Both the position numbers and the translations under genes were made by a program. Shown piece after piece: positions 9,984 to 19,851 of a DNA stretch of 64,000 nucleotides (position 1 is its first letter; every line of letters starts with the position of its first letter). Where the stretch lies: the NCBI GenBank assembly GCA_965218425.1, contig OZ244621.1, positions 3,072,001 through 3,136,000 of the forward strand, given 5' to 3'. The stretch is from an uncultured Candidatus Binatia bacterium. Its GTDB lineage: Bacteria > Desulfobacterota > Binatia > UBA9968 > CAXXLF01. The notes beneath the pieces are model-generated. The model made no database searches, was not told the DNA's origin, and saw only the letters and a list, made by a program, of their open reading frames with translations.

Positions 9984-12478
9984 ATTCTATGGATTCCCTC
10001 CCGTCCTTTGATCCAGGGAAGGACCCATTAGAGAGAAATCCAGCTTCCCTGTTAGTGGTTCCAACCCTTTCGCTTCTTCTCGGTCAAACTGCGGTTTCAC
10101 TGTCCTTCCGAGTGGCGGTAATCTCCTCCATCGCAATCCTCATGGCATCCGCGTGCGCCTGGCTGTTGGGAAAACGAAAATGGGCGTTACTGTTTTTCTT
10201 CTCCGGCGTGGCATTCATCACCGGATATGGGATGCACCAACGCTTGCTGACGCCTCAGTTCCCAGATCATCACCTTCGACTCCTGACTGATGGGAGGAAG
10301 GCGGTCCAGGTGGAAGGCTTTTTCTATCGAGAACCAGAAACGCGATTTGGCTGGAGCCGGTGGTACTTGCGGGCGGAGTACATTTGGCGACCACTTGGCG
10401 CCCGGAAGGCTGTTGGGAATGTTCTAATCACGGTGCGGAAGGTTCAAAGGAAGTGGCACTACGGTGACCGGGTTCGCCTTCGAGTGAGAGTTCGACCACC
10501 CCGCCCCGCACGGAACCCGGGGGAATTTGATTACAGGGCCTATTTGGCACGACGGGAAATCTACCTGACCGGTTTTCTCGGTGATGATGGAGGGGTGGAG
10601 CTCCTTCACAGAGACAACAGAGGTGTGTGGAAATGGATGCAGCATGTTCGTGGAGAGATCCAGGGCTTCACGGACCGTAACCTTCCTCCACGCGAAGCGG
10701 GTCTATTGAAGGCCCTGGTGATCGGGGACAGGGGAGGTCTATCCAGGGAGACCCGTGAGAGTTTTGCCGCCGCCGGTGTGGCCCATGTTCTTTCCATATC
10801 AGGTCTTCACGTGGGAATGCTGGGTTTAGTCGCATTTATTGTGGTTCGATTCCTGGGATCATTGAGCAGCACCCTGATGCTCCGTTGGAACCTGTTCAAA
10901 ATTGCGACCTTTTTATCTTTCATTGTCGTATTATTCTATGCGGCCCTGGCTGGAGGGAGGATTCCAACGATTCGGGCGGCCATAATGGTCGGTGTTTATG
11001 TGCTGGCGGTTTTATTTGATCGCGAGGAAGAGTTTTACATAAGCCTTGCCCTTGCCGCCCTTCTGATCGGCCTGATCTGGCCTGGGGTTGTCATGGATAC
11101 CTCTTTCCAACTCTCTTTCCTCGCCGTTTTATTCATCGTTTGGGGTCTACGCCGAATTCAACAACTCAGGGAACTCAAACCGAAGGACAACCTTTTACAA
11201 TTTCAAACCCAGAACTGGCTTCGACGGCGAGTCCCTCAAATCGCACTCTATCTTGCCGTTCCGGTGCTGGCGACCCTCGGGACCGGGCCTGTCGTGACCT
11301 ATCATTTTGGTCGGCTTTCCCTGGCGGGTTTCCTCGCCAACCCAATTCTAGTCCCAATTGTGGGTTGGGTGCTTGTGCCCCTGGGATTCTTGATCGGTTT
11401 CCTCTGTTTGTTCTCAACGGCCCTTGCCCTCCCTCTGCTTTGGATTGCCAAGCCCCTACTTTCCTTGACCCTGTGGATGGTGGAGTTGTTCTCAGAGTTG
11501 CCCATGGGGGTTATCACCGTGCCCAAACCCAACTTATTGGAATTGGGTATCGTTTACCTGGCCATCTGCTCTATCCTGGTATTGCAACGGCGGACTCATG
11601 TCTATGTGCTCCTGGTTTTCTTGATAGTCGCCATGGCGGCGGACGGCGCTTATTGGTGGCGGCAGAGATGGGGGCGCAGAGATCTACGCATCACCTATCT
11701 CAGCGTAGGTCACGGCGATGCAGCGGTGGTGGAGTTTCCCGACTCCAGGGTTCTTCTCATCGACGCCGGTGGAAGCTCATTTCCTCAGTACGATCCCGGA
11801 AGGTCCATTGTTGCGCCATTTTTACGGTCTCGGCGGATTGCAAAGGTGGATTACGTGCTTGTGAGCCATCCAAGGATTGATCACTACGGAGGGATGAAGA
11901 GCATACTGGAGGAATTTGCCCCTTCGGAGTTCTGGTCCGGCCCCGTCGGGGGAGGGACTCGACGCTATGTTGAATTGGAAGAGGCGGCGAGACACTTAGG
12001 TGTTAGACGGGTCCTTCTTAATCAAAGCGATTCCTGTCGTGACATTGGAAAGGTTCGGATTTGTGTCTTATACCCTTCGGATGCCGGTGGAGAAGAATCT
12101 TCCGTGGTAATGAGGCTATCCCTGGGTCGATACCATTTTCTTTTTCCTGGGGACATTAATAAACAAGACGAAGAAAGGCTTGTGGGATTGAAGACGGAGC
12201 TCGCGAGCCAGGTTCTAAAAGTCCCCCGGCACGGGAGCCTTACTGCCAATACGAAGTCGTTTGTGGGTGCTGTGGCTCCAAGTCTAGCTATATTTTCTAT
12301 GGGTTACCGATCACCTCGAGCGGAAGTGATCGCTAGGTATGACGACGCCGGATCCGAAGTTCTCCGCACCGATGAGGACGGTGCAATCATCGTTGAAACA
12401 AACGGAAACAGACTTTCCTACACAACCCATCTTAGTGGGAAAAGAGGGAAAATCCCCTTATCCATGGAGGTAAATTAA
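9980..12478 (+). CDS. comEC: DNA internalization competence protein ComEC/Rec2
   Basis: RNPGEFDY, GVAHVLSISGLHVG, SFQLSF; C-terminal MBL-like domain VGHGDA, IDAG, RTDEDGAI. Confidence 0.93.
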   Translation: MNSMDSLPSFDPGKDPLERNPASLLVVPTLSLLLGQTAVSLSFRVAVISSIAILMASACAWLLGKRKWALLFFFSGVAFITGYGMHQRLLTPQFPDHHLRLLTDGRKAVQVEGFFYREPETRFGWSRWYLRAEYIWRPLGARKAVGNVLITVRKVQRKWHYGDRVRLRVRVRPPRPARNPGEFDYRAYLARREIYLTGFLGDDGGVELLHRDNRGVWKWMQHVRGEIQGFTDRNLPPREAGLLKALVIGDRGGLSRETRESFAAAGVAHVLSISGLHVGMLGLVAFIVVRFLGSLSSTLMLRWNLFKIATFLSFIVVLFYAALAGGRIPTIRAAIMVGVYVLAVLFDREEEFYISLALAALLIGLIWPGVVMDTSFQLSFLAVLFIVWGLRRIQQLRELKPKDNLLQFQTQNWLRRRVPQIALYLAVPVLATLGTGPVVTYHFGRLSLAGFLANPILVPIVGWVLVPLGFLIGFLCLFSTALALPLLWIAKPLLSLTLWMVELFSELPMGVITVPKPNLLELGIVYLAICSILVLQRRTHVYVLLVFLIVAMAADGAYWWRQRWGRRDLRITYLSVGHGDAAVVEFPDSRVLLIDAGGSSFPQYDPGRSIVAPFLRSRRIAKVDYVLVSHPRIDHYGGMKSILEEFAPSEFWSGPVGGGTRRYVELEEAARHLGVRRVLLNQSDSCRDIGKVRICVLYPSDAGGEESSVVMRLSLGRYHFLFPGDINKQDEERLVGLKTELASQVLKVPRHGSLTANTKSFVGAVAPSLAIFSMGYRSPRAEVIARYDDAGSEVLRTDEDGAIIVETNGNRLSYTTHLSGKRGKIPLSMEVN

Positions 12479-12490
12479 TTCGTAACCAGC

Positions 12491-12811
12491 CTAGAGCTCA
12501 ATGATGGCTCTGGTCCAGTTGTCTTTAGGTGCGATGGTGTGGCCCTTCCCGGTGAAGTCTTCGGCTAGAAAAACATCCCCCGGCCCAAAGGTTTTCACCG
12601 TCCCGTCCCCGATGGTTACGTCCACCGAGCCAGATAGGGTGATGAGAAACCGACGATGAGGTGCGTTGTGCCATTCGCTGCTTTGGCCCGGTGCGACGTT
12701 CCTGAAAATCACTCCCTTGGCCGGCTGCAGCTTGGCAAATTGGGCAGGGTCTAGATCCTTAAAGTGGGATTGTCCATCGGAACCGCTGAAAAGTCTTACA
12801 AATTTCATCAT
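12491..12811 (-). CDS. Small cupin-domain protein
   Basis: DGQSHF, WHNAPHRRFLITLSG, FGPGDVFLAEDFTGKGH; AGGAGG RBS. Confidence 0.85.
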   Translation of the reverse strand: MMKFVRLFSGSDGQSHFKDLDPAQFAKLQPAKGVIFRNVAPGQSSEWHNAPHRRFLITLSGSVDVTIGDGTVKTFGPGDVFLAEDFTGKGHTIAPKDNWTRAIIEL

Positions 12812-12856
12812 TGCCTCCTTGTAGCGACTTAAACATCATAGTAAAGGAGAGGTCAA

Positions 12857-13855
12857 ATGGCGGATTCAAACCCTTCACCGGAAAACATTGATAAGCTCGA
12901 ATACGCAGTTTGGCCCTCGTATTCGTTGCTAGCAGGAATCCAACTCGACCTCTTCACCGCGCTTAAAGACGCAGCCATGAGCGTCGAGCAAATTGCCGAT
13001 GCTTTAGGTGTCAGGGCGGACAAGCTGCAGCCACTCCTCTATGCACTGGTGGCCATTGGGCTGTTGAGGGTGGATGGATGCCTTTTTTCCAATACTGTCG
13101 AAGCAAGTCACTTCTTGGTCCGAGGGAATCCGACCTACAGGGGCGGAAAGCACGAAACCTTCTTAAATAATTGGAAAGCCGGACTCGGGACTGCTGACTC
13201 GATTCGAGCCGGATCACCCCAGGCCAAGCTTGATTTCTCAGCCGCGTCCCAAAACCGGTTGGAGATGTTCTACCGGAGCACTTATGCGCAGGCACTTCGC
13301 AGAGGGCGTGAGCTCGCTGGAATCTACGATTTTTCGGCTCATCGCTCATTGTTAGACGTTGGTGGAGGGACTGGTGGTTTGGCGATTGCGATGACGGAGG
13401 CCTGTCCAGGTTTGCATGCAACAGTGGCTGATCTGCCTACGGTGATACCTTTCACGGAACGATTCATTGACGAGGGGGGTGCTAGGGGCCGAGTCGATGC
13501 GGTGGCGGCCGATCTCAGTAGGGAGAGCATCACAGGCTCATTTGACTCTGCCGTGTTGAGCTCCCTGATTCAGGTGGTCTCCCCCGACAAGGCATGCTCC
13601 CTGCTCAAGAATGTGGGCAAGGTGATGAATCTGGGCGGTATTCTCTATATACGAGGCGACGTTCTTGACGATTCGCGTGTTTCTCCCATGAGATCAGTTA
13701 TGCGGAATCTTATATATCTGAACCTGTATGATGAAGGGCAGGCCTATACAGAGAGAGAGCACAGAGAGTGGTTAGAGGAGGCGGGATTTAATCATTTTGA
13801 ACGGAAGATTCTACCCGATGAATTTAGTCTAATGCGTGCTAGAAAGGCACCATAG
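12857..13855 (+). CDS. SAM-dependent O-methyltransferase (COMT-like, with dimerisation domain)
   Basis: N-terminal wHTH dimerisation region QLDLFTAL; LLDVGGGTG; DLPTV; WLEEAGF. Confidence 0.88.
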   Translation: MADSNPSPENIDKLEYAVWPSYSLLAGIQLDLFTALKDAAMSVEQIADALGVRADKLQPLLYALVAIGLLRVDGCLFSNTVEASHFLVRGNPTYRGGKHETFLNNWKAGLGTADSIRAGSPQAKLDFSAASQNRLEMFYRSTYAQALRRGRELAGIYDFSAHRSLLDVGGGTGGLAIAMTEACPGLHATVADLPTVIPFTERFIDEGGARGRVDAVAADLSRESITGSFDSAVLSSLIQVVSPDKACSLLKNVGKVMNLGGILYIRGDVLDDSRVSPMRSVMRNLIYLNLYDEGQAYTEREHREWLEEAGFNHFERKILPDEFSLMRARKAP

Positions 13856-14196
13856 AAGTCAAAGAGCTCTTTCTCTATAAGATGGATTATCCTTTTCCCA
13901 TTCTCCGGCGAACTGGGTTAGAATCTTATCCAAGCTGTCCCGAACCCGGGAGACAGCCCCGTTTAGCGGTCCCGTGATGCTCCGCGCCCGATACTACATC
14001 ATTCCCGTAACCGATTGCCACGTTTTCTTGATAGTCACTGCCCGATAAGCCCCTGCCCAAACTGCACCGTAGTAAACAGTCTATCCGTTTCTCATATTTG
14101 TAAGGGCCAAACGAGTATTGATCCAAAGGAAAGAATCCGTCGAAACATGGTAGATCCCTCTTTCATGTAGGGAGTGGGCCGTTTGTGGCCTTCAAC

Positions 14197-15382
14197 TGAC
14201 CTGCCCCCCTTGATTGTCCTCACCTGGAGGGTAGTCTTTGACCCAAGAGGAGGGGGACGCATGCGCAGGAGCCGATTCAGCGAACAACAGATCATCGGGA
14301 AACTGAAGGAGCACCAGGCGAGACTGGGGGTGGCGGAGCTGTGTCGCAAGCACGGCATCAGTGAGGCGACGTTTTACAAGTGGCGCTCGAAGTAGGGCGG
14401 GCTGGAGGTGTCTGAGGCGAAACGGCTTCGGAACCTGGAAGCGCAGAACACCAAGCTGAAGCGCCTTTTGGCGGAAGCGATGCTGGACGTATCGACGCTT
14501 AAGGAGATGGTGGGAAAAGACTTCTGACGCCGGGGTCCAAGAGAGAAGCCGTGGACTGGGCGATGAAGGAAGGGGGCCACTCACAGCGGCGGGCTTGCGC
14601 TCTGGTGGACATTGAGCCGCGGGTGTAGCGGTATCGGTCGATGAGACCAGATGACGGGGAGCTACGGCAGAGGCTGCGGGAGCTGGCGGCGGAACGGCGT
14701 CGGTTTGGGTATCGGCGCCTGCACCTGTTGCTTTTGCGGGAGGGCGTGGTGTTGAATCGCAAGAAGCTCTACCGGCTCTACAAGGAGGAGAAGTTGGCGG
14801 TGCGCAAGAGGGTGCTTGGGAGCCGGGCGCCGATGACGATCCCGCAGGGGGCCAATCAGCGCTGGTCGGTGGACTTCGCATCCGACGCCCTGATCGACAG
14901 CCGGCATTTCGGTGTGCTCTGCGTCATCGACGACTTCACACGGGAGTGCCTGGCCACCATCGTCAGCAACTCCATCACCGGTGAGCGGGTTGCCACAGAG
15001 CTGGACAACATTGCGCAATGGCGTGGTAATCCCTTGTTGGTGGTTTCCGACAACGGCACCGAGTTCACGTCCAATGCGATGCTACGATGGCAGCAGGGTC
15101 GCCGGGTAGAGTGGCACGACATCGCTCCAGGCAAGCCCATGCACAACGGGCTGGTCGAGAGCTTCATCGGGCCTCTGGGTGATGAATGCCTGAACGAGCA
15201 CATGTTCACAAGCTAGCGCAAAGCCCGCGAGATCATCGAAGACTGGAGGGCCGACTACAACGCCAGGAGACCACACACGAGCCTCCACGGACTGACGCCG
15301 ACGGAGTTTGCAATCCGGTCCCGATCGGAACACAGTGAAACACGGCTAACTTATACGTGAGGACAAAAAGGGGTGCAGGCCA
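14197..15382 (+). mobile_element. IS3-family insertion sequence, inactivated
   Basis: Ends TG...CA with IRs TGACCTGCCCCCCTTGATTGTCCTCAC and TGGCCTGCACCCCTTTTTGTCCTCAC; orfA/orfB organisation; no flanking target duplication. Confidence 0.92.
14261..15360 (+). pseudogene. IS3 transposase orfA/orfB pseudogene
   Basis: orfA MRRSRFSEQQIIG..LCRKHGISEATFYKW; orfB FGYRR, WSVDF, SDNGTEF, VESF (DDE). In-frame TAG at 14393, 14626 and 15214. Confidence 0.9.
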
Positions 15383-15741
15383 ATGAAATCTACAGCGATT
15401 ACAAGGACAAGGTTGTGTTCTTTGGGGTTTACGTTTCAGAGGCGCACCCCATGGATGGAAGGGTGTCAGAGAAAAATGTCGATGCCGGCGTCTGCTTTCT
15501 ACAGCCAAAGACCATCGAGGAACGGAACACTGTGGCCAAGTCGTTCATGCAGGATATGAAGTTTAAAATTCCTCTGCTCCTGGACACCATGGACAATGTC
15601 ACCGCCGAGAAGTACAGCGCGTTGCCCGACCGGCTGGTGGTGATCCACAAGACCGGCGCGGTTGCTTATGCAGGTGCCATAGGACCCCACGGTTTTGGTC
15701 CGGATGCGTGGCTGGCAACCATCCGTAAGGTGGTTTCTTAG
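15383..15741 (+). pseudogene. 5'-truncated iodothyronine-deiodinase-like (thioredoxin-fold) protein
   Basis: VYVSEAHPMDG, QPKTIEER, LLDTMDN, YSALPDRL, GPHGF. The catalytic S-x-T-U/C-P-P-F segment is missing and the IS3 end sits in its place. Confidence 0.75.
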
Positions 15742-15773
15742 CTGTAGGCAACTTATTTTAGAGGAGCAATAAT

Positions 15774-16163
15774 ATGAAAAGGATCATTCAGCCCAAGAGC
15801 CTACAAGACCCCAGGCCGAGATATTCTTTAGCTATACTCACTGACCCGGGTAAGCTTTTATTTATAGCTGGCCAGACGGCTTCGGATAAGGATGGAAATG
15901 TTGTGGGGGTGGGGGATATCGAGGCCCAGGCGAGGCAGGCGTTCGAAAAGATCAAGATCATCGTGGAAGAGGCGGGAGGAACCTTAGCCGACATTGTAAA
16001 GACCACCGTCTACATCACGGACGCCAAATATCGGGAAGGCCAACGCAAGGTCCGAAGTGAGTATATTAAAGACGATCCTCCCACGAGTACGCTTATCATT
16101 GTTAAGGGCTTGGCGCGAGAAGAGTTTCTGATCGAAGTGGAAGCCATGGCGGTGCTGAAGTAA
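15774..16163 (+). CDS. RidA/YjgF family protein
   Basis: LFIAGQ, IVKTTVYI, PPTSTLI, LIEVEAMA; GAGGAG RBS. Confidence 0.92.
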   Translation: MKRIIQPKSLQDPRPRYSLAILTDPGKLLFIAGQTASDKDGNVVGVGDIEAQARQAFEKIKIIVEEAGGTLADIVKTTVYITDAKYREGQRKVRSEYIKDDPPTSTLIIVKGLAREEFLIEVEAMAVLK

Positions 16164-16219
16164 GCAGTCGGGGAGGCAAATTTTTGCTCGCTCTCATCTT
16201 GGACTAGGGAACGATCAAA

Positions 16220-17308
16220 ATGCTGGATCGATTCAAGGTTCAGTCTGAAGACCGGATGCGCGTGTCGCCGGCGACATTGCGTCGGACTGTCAGCCACATT
16301 TTTGAGAAGATGGGCCTGACCCAAGAGGACGCAGCACTGGGCGCGGATGTGCTGGTGACCGCCGACCTGCGCGGTGTGGATTCACATGGTGTGTCCAATA
16401 TGTTGCGGGAATACGTGCGGGGCTTCCGGGAAGGGGAGCTCAATCCCAAGCCCAACTGGAGAATCGTGCGTGAGTCCCCAAGCACCGCCACCATCGACGC
16501 GGATCGTGGCCTGGGTATTGTCCTGGGTCCCAAGGCCATGCGGATCGCAATGGACAAAGCCCGGAACGTGGGGGTTGGCATTGTCACCATGAACCACGGG
16601 CGCCACCTGGGAGCGGTTGGGCATCATGCCATGCTCGCAGCCCAGGAAGACATGGTGGGGATGTGTATGACAGCCACGCGCCCGGCGGTTGTTCCTACCT
16701 TTGGCGCTGAGCCCTGGCTTGGCACCAATCCGGTGTCCATTGCGGCGCCTGCCAAGAAGGAGCCCCCTGTGTTGTTTGACGCCGCCACCTGCTCTATCGC
16801 AAATAATAAGGTCCGACTGGCTGCCCGGATGGGGACGACGTTGTACCCCGGCTGGGTGACGGACAAGGCAGGGAATCCGATTATGGAGGAAAGTCCGCCC
16901 CTCGAACGTGGGCAGTTCTTTCTCTTGCCCCTTGGAGCCACCAGAGAAATGGGTTCCCACAAAGGCTATGGCCTCGCCTTGATGGTGGAAATCTTGGGCT
17001 CGCTTCTATCAGGCGCCTTACCCCACGCCCTCGATCCTAGCAGTGGGTACAAGCACTATTTTGCCGCTTATAATATCTCTGCGTTCACGGACGTTGCACA
17101 GTTCAAGGAGACTATGGACCAGATGCTTCGGTCACTCCGGAGTATAAAGCCAGCCCAGGGACACGACCGCGTCTTCTATCCCGGACTCTTGGAGTATGAA
17201 GAAGAGCAGGAGCGCCGCTCCCATGGTATCCCGCTCCATAAGGAGGTCGTAGTTTGGTTTGGGAAAATCACCAGCGAGTTGGGTATACCTTCTTTGGAAA
17301 CTCTATGA
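16220..17308 (+). CDS. Ldh_2 family oxidoreductase (malate/L-lactate/ureidoglycolate dehydrogenase-like)
   Basis: ADLRGVDSHG, HLGAVG, LGTNP, GSHKGYGL, YPG. Confidence 0.92.
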   Translation: MLDRFKVQSEDRMRVSPATLRRTVSHIFEKMGLTQEDAALGADVLVTADLRGVDSHGVSNMLREYVRGFREGELNPKPNWRIVRESPSTATIDADRGLGIVLGPKAMRIAMDKARNVGVGIVTMNHGRHLGAVGHHAMLAAQEDMVGMCMTATRPAVVPTFGAEPWLGTNPVSIAAPAKKEPPVLFDAATCSIANNKVRLAARMGTTLYPGWVTDKAGNPIMEESPPLERGQFFLLPLGATREMGSHKGYGLALMVEILGSLLSGALPHALDPSSGYKHYFAAYNISAFTDVAQFKETMDQMLRSLRSIKPAQGHDRVFYPGLLEYEEEQERRSHGIPLHKEVVVWFGKITSELGIPSLETL

Positions 17309-17459
17309 GTAAAGAATTCAAGAACCTTTTCAAGAGGTTCCATTTAGGTTGACAAGCGACGATCCACTATTTTTTTCCAAGTTTCAATTTTCCACGCTAT
17401 TTTTGTCTTAAATATTCCTAAAAATTCCCAAAAACTCGCAACTGAATTGTGCAAAAACG

Positions 17460-18403
17460 CTCACCTGTGGCTGTGACGCAGCAACTTCATGAGCGACTTC
17501 AGTGAATCAGTGGAGGGCATCGAGGAAAGCAAAACTATTCCACGGTTCTGGCAGGCCAGCGGCGGTGCCGACGCGCCAATAAAGGCGCTGAGTGTACCTG
17601 GTGTAGTGGTGGGTAAGATCAAACAGACGAAGCGATTGACCCGGCATGCAGTGGACTCTCTGAAGCAGCATAGTCCCGGTGGTTTCAAGATCACTCTACC
17701 ATCAGCCAACCAGTTCCCGGCCATATTCTATAAAAAAGGAGTTGCCGATAAAGTTTACCCCAGCCATTCAGCATTGCTCTGGGACATTGTCCCCGTGATC
17801 AAGGCGCAGATTCAGGCCCTGGTGGGTGAAGGAGTGCCCTATGTGCAAATTGGTGCCCCCCGCTACAGTTACTACGTCGATCCCGAGTGGCAGAACTATA
17901 TCAAAAATGAATTGGCTCTAGACCCCCGCCGGGCACTGGATGAGGCGGTTCAGGCTGACTATGCCTGTCTAGAGGGCGTCATGCGTGCGGGTGTAAATCT
18001 GGCCGTTCACCTCTGCAGGGGCAATAACCGGAGCCAATGGTTGGCGGAGGGAGGATACGATGCCATCGCGGAGAAACTCTTCGGCCAGCTTCAGGTGGAT
18101 ACCTTCCTCCTTGAATACGACACGGAGCGGGCTGGTGGCTTCGAACCCCTTCGATTTGTGCCGCGGCGTAAGAATGTCGTCCTGGGACTGGCAAGCACGA
18201 AGGTGCCGGATCTGGAAACGCAAGATGATTTGACTAGGCGTATTGACCAAGCCGGCAAGTACATTCCTCTGGAAAACCTTGCCCTCAGCCCCCAGTGCGG
18301 CTTTGCCTCTGTCATGGAGGGCAATCTGATCAATGAAGGCGATCAGTGGCGTAAGCTCAAGCTAGTGGTTGATGCCGCCGCCATGGTGTGGGGCTATGGT
18401 TAG
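17460..18403 (+). pseudogene. 5'-truncated cobalamin-independent methionine synthase II family protein
   Basis: HLCRGN, FLLEYD, LSPQCGFAS Zn motifs. The N-terminal VGS segment is absent, and the sequence before ATG17489 reads L*RSNFM where ELRRSNFM is expected. Confidence 0.7.
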
Positions 18404-18570
18404 AATCGTCAAAGCTTCAGCACGATTCGATCGATGTTTAGTTCTGCCGGGCCATTTACTCCTAGGTATCATAGGTTTTTTTGTTACTGTTGACGTGCTA
18501 GAAATGGGGAACGAGGTGGAAGGCCGTCCTGTTTGTCGTCACACGTTGATTTTATAGTTTTAGCCGCCCG

Positions 18571-19851
18571 ATGAAAATCACAAGAATCCGAGGATTTTCC
18601 GATCTCCTTCCGGGAGAGACCGAAACCTGGCAATTCGTGGAAAGTGTAGCGCGGGAGGTTTTCGCCCGCTACAACTTCTCCGAGATCCGGATCCCTATTT
18701 TGGAAAAGACGGAGCTGTTCAGCCGATCGCTGGGTGAGACCACGGATATCGTGGAGAAAGAGATGTACACGTTTTCGGATCAGGATGCCAAAGGCTCCAT
18801 GCTTACATTGAGACCGGAAGGCACCGCCGGCGTAGTGCGAGCATACATAGAAGCGGGTCTCGCCCAGGTGGAACCGACGCAAAAGCTCTACTACCTGGGC
18901 CCCATGTTCCGCCGCGAGCGGCCGCAAAAGGGGAGGTTCAGGCAGTTTTATCAGATCGGCGCAGAGGTGCTGGGGCGAAAGGACCCGGTGGCGGATGCTG
19001 AGCTGCTGTTGTTGCTCCACGATTTCTTCTCCACTTTGGGGTTGCACGATTTATCTCTGGAGCTTAATTCACTCGGCTGTTCGCAGTGTCGCCCGCGCTA
19101 CCGAGGCCAGCTGCTCAAGTTTTTGAAGCGGAGAGAAGATCAACTTTGCGACAACTGCCGGCGCCGCATGGAACGCAATCCTCTGCGTGTTCTGGATTGT
19201 AAGGAGCAGTCTTGCTCTGAGCTGACCAGGAAGGCGCCCCGTATCATCGATTATCTCTGCCAGGCCTGTCAGGACCACTTCGGCGAAGTGAAGCGTTTGC
19301 TCGAAGAGACCAAGGTGTCTTACGTTGTCAACCCCAAAATGGTACGAGGTCTGGATTACTACGGGCGCACGACATTCGAGTGGACCACAAACCGTTTAGG
19401 GTCTCAAAGCGCGGTGGCGGCCGGGGGACGTTACGATGGTCTGGTTAAAGAGCTGGGAGGTCCTGCCGTGGCTGGGGTGGGGTTCGCCCTAGGCATGGAG
19501 CGGCTGGTGCTCTTGTTAGGGTCGGGAGAAGAAAGTCGATTCAATCGCCCGGGCCTTTATCTGGCCTGGATGGGAAAGGCCGCCGGTGATTGGGCCTTCC
19601 CGGTTGCCCATGCGCTACGTCAAAAAGGAGTTGTGGTGGAGATGGAAGGAGAGGAGAAGAGCTTGAAGAGTCAGATGAGACGGGCGGACAAGGTCAAGGC
19701 CCAGTACGTCTTTATTGTGGGTGAGGACGAACTGAACAAAGGCAAGGGAATCCTGCGGCACATGGGTAGTAGGGAACAGGTGGCAGTGGGTCTCAAGGGG
19801 GTTCTGGCCGAACTGTCGGGTAAGTTGCCCACGTCCAAGACAGTCCTATGA
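18571..19851 (+). CDS. hisS: Histidine--tRNA ligase
   Basis: LRPEGTAG, FRRERPQKGRFRQF, RGLDYY, GGRYDGL. Confidence 0.98.
   Translation: MKITRIRGFSDLLPGETETWQFVESVAREVFARYNFSEIRIPILEKTELFSRSLGETTDIVEKEMYTFSDQDAKGSMLTLRPEGTAGVVRAYIEAGLAQVEPTQKLYYLGPMFRRERPQKGRFRQFYQIGAEVLGRKDPVADAELLLLLHDFFSTLGLHDLSLELNSLGCSQCRPRYRGQLLKFLKRREDQLCDNCRRRMERNPLRVLDCKEQSCSELTRKAPRIIDYLCQACQDHFGEVKRLLEETKVSYVVNPKMVRGLDYYGRTTFEWTTNRLGSQSAVAAGGRYDGLVKELGGPAVAGVGFALGMERLVLLLGSGEESRFNRPGLYLAWMGKAAGDWAFPVAHALRQKGVVVEMEGEEKSLKSQMRRADKVKAQYVFIVGEDELNKGKGILRHMGSREQVAVGLKGVLAELSGKLPTSKTVL

Noticed and set aside
13900..14196. Short minus-strand ORFs left of the IS3 as the missing deiodinase N-terminus
   Set aside because: No frame shows the S-x-T-U/C-P-P-F motif and no family was recognisable.
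17440..17460. TGAATTGTGCAAAAACGC as a possible IS end at the MetE2 truncation point
   Set aside because: No partner inverted repeat or transposase; the resemblance is too weak.
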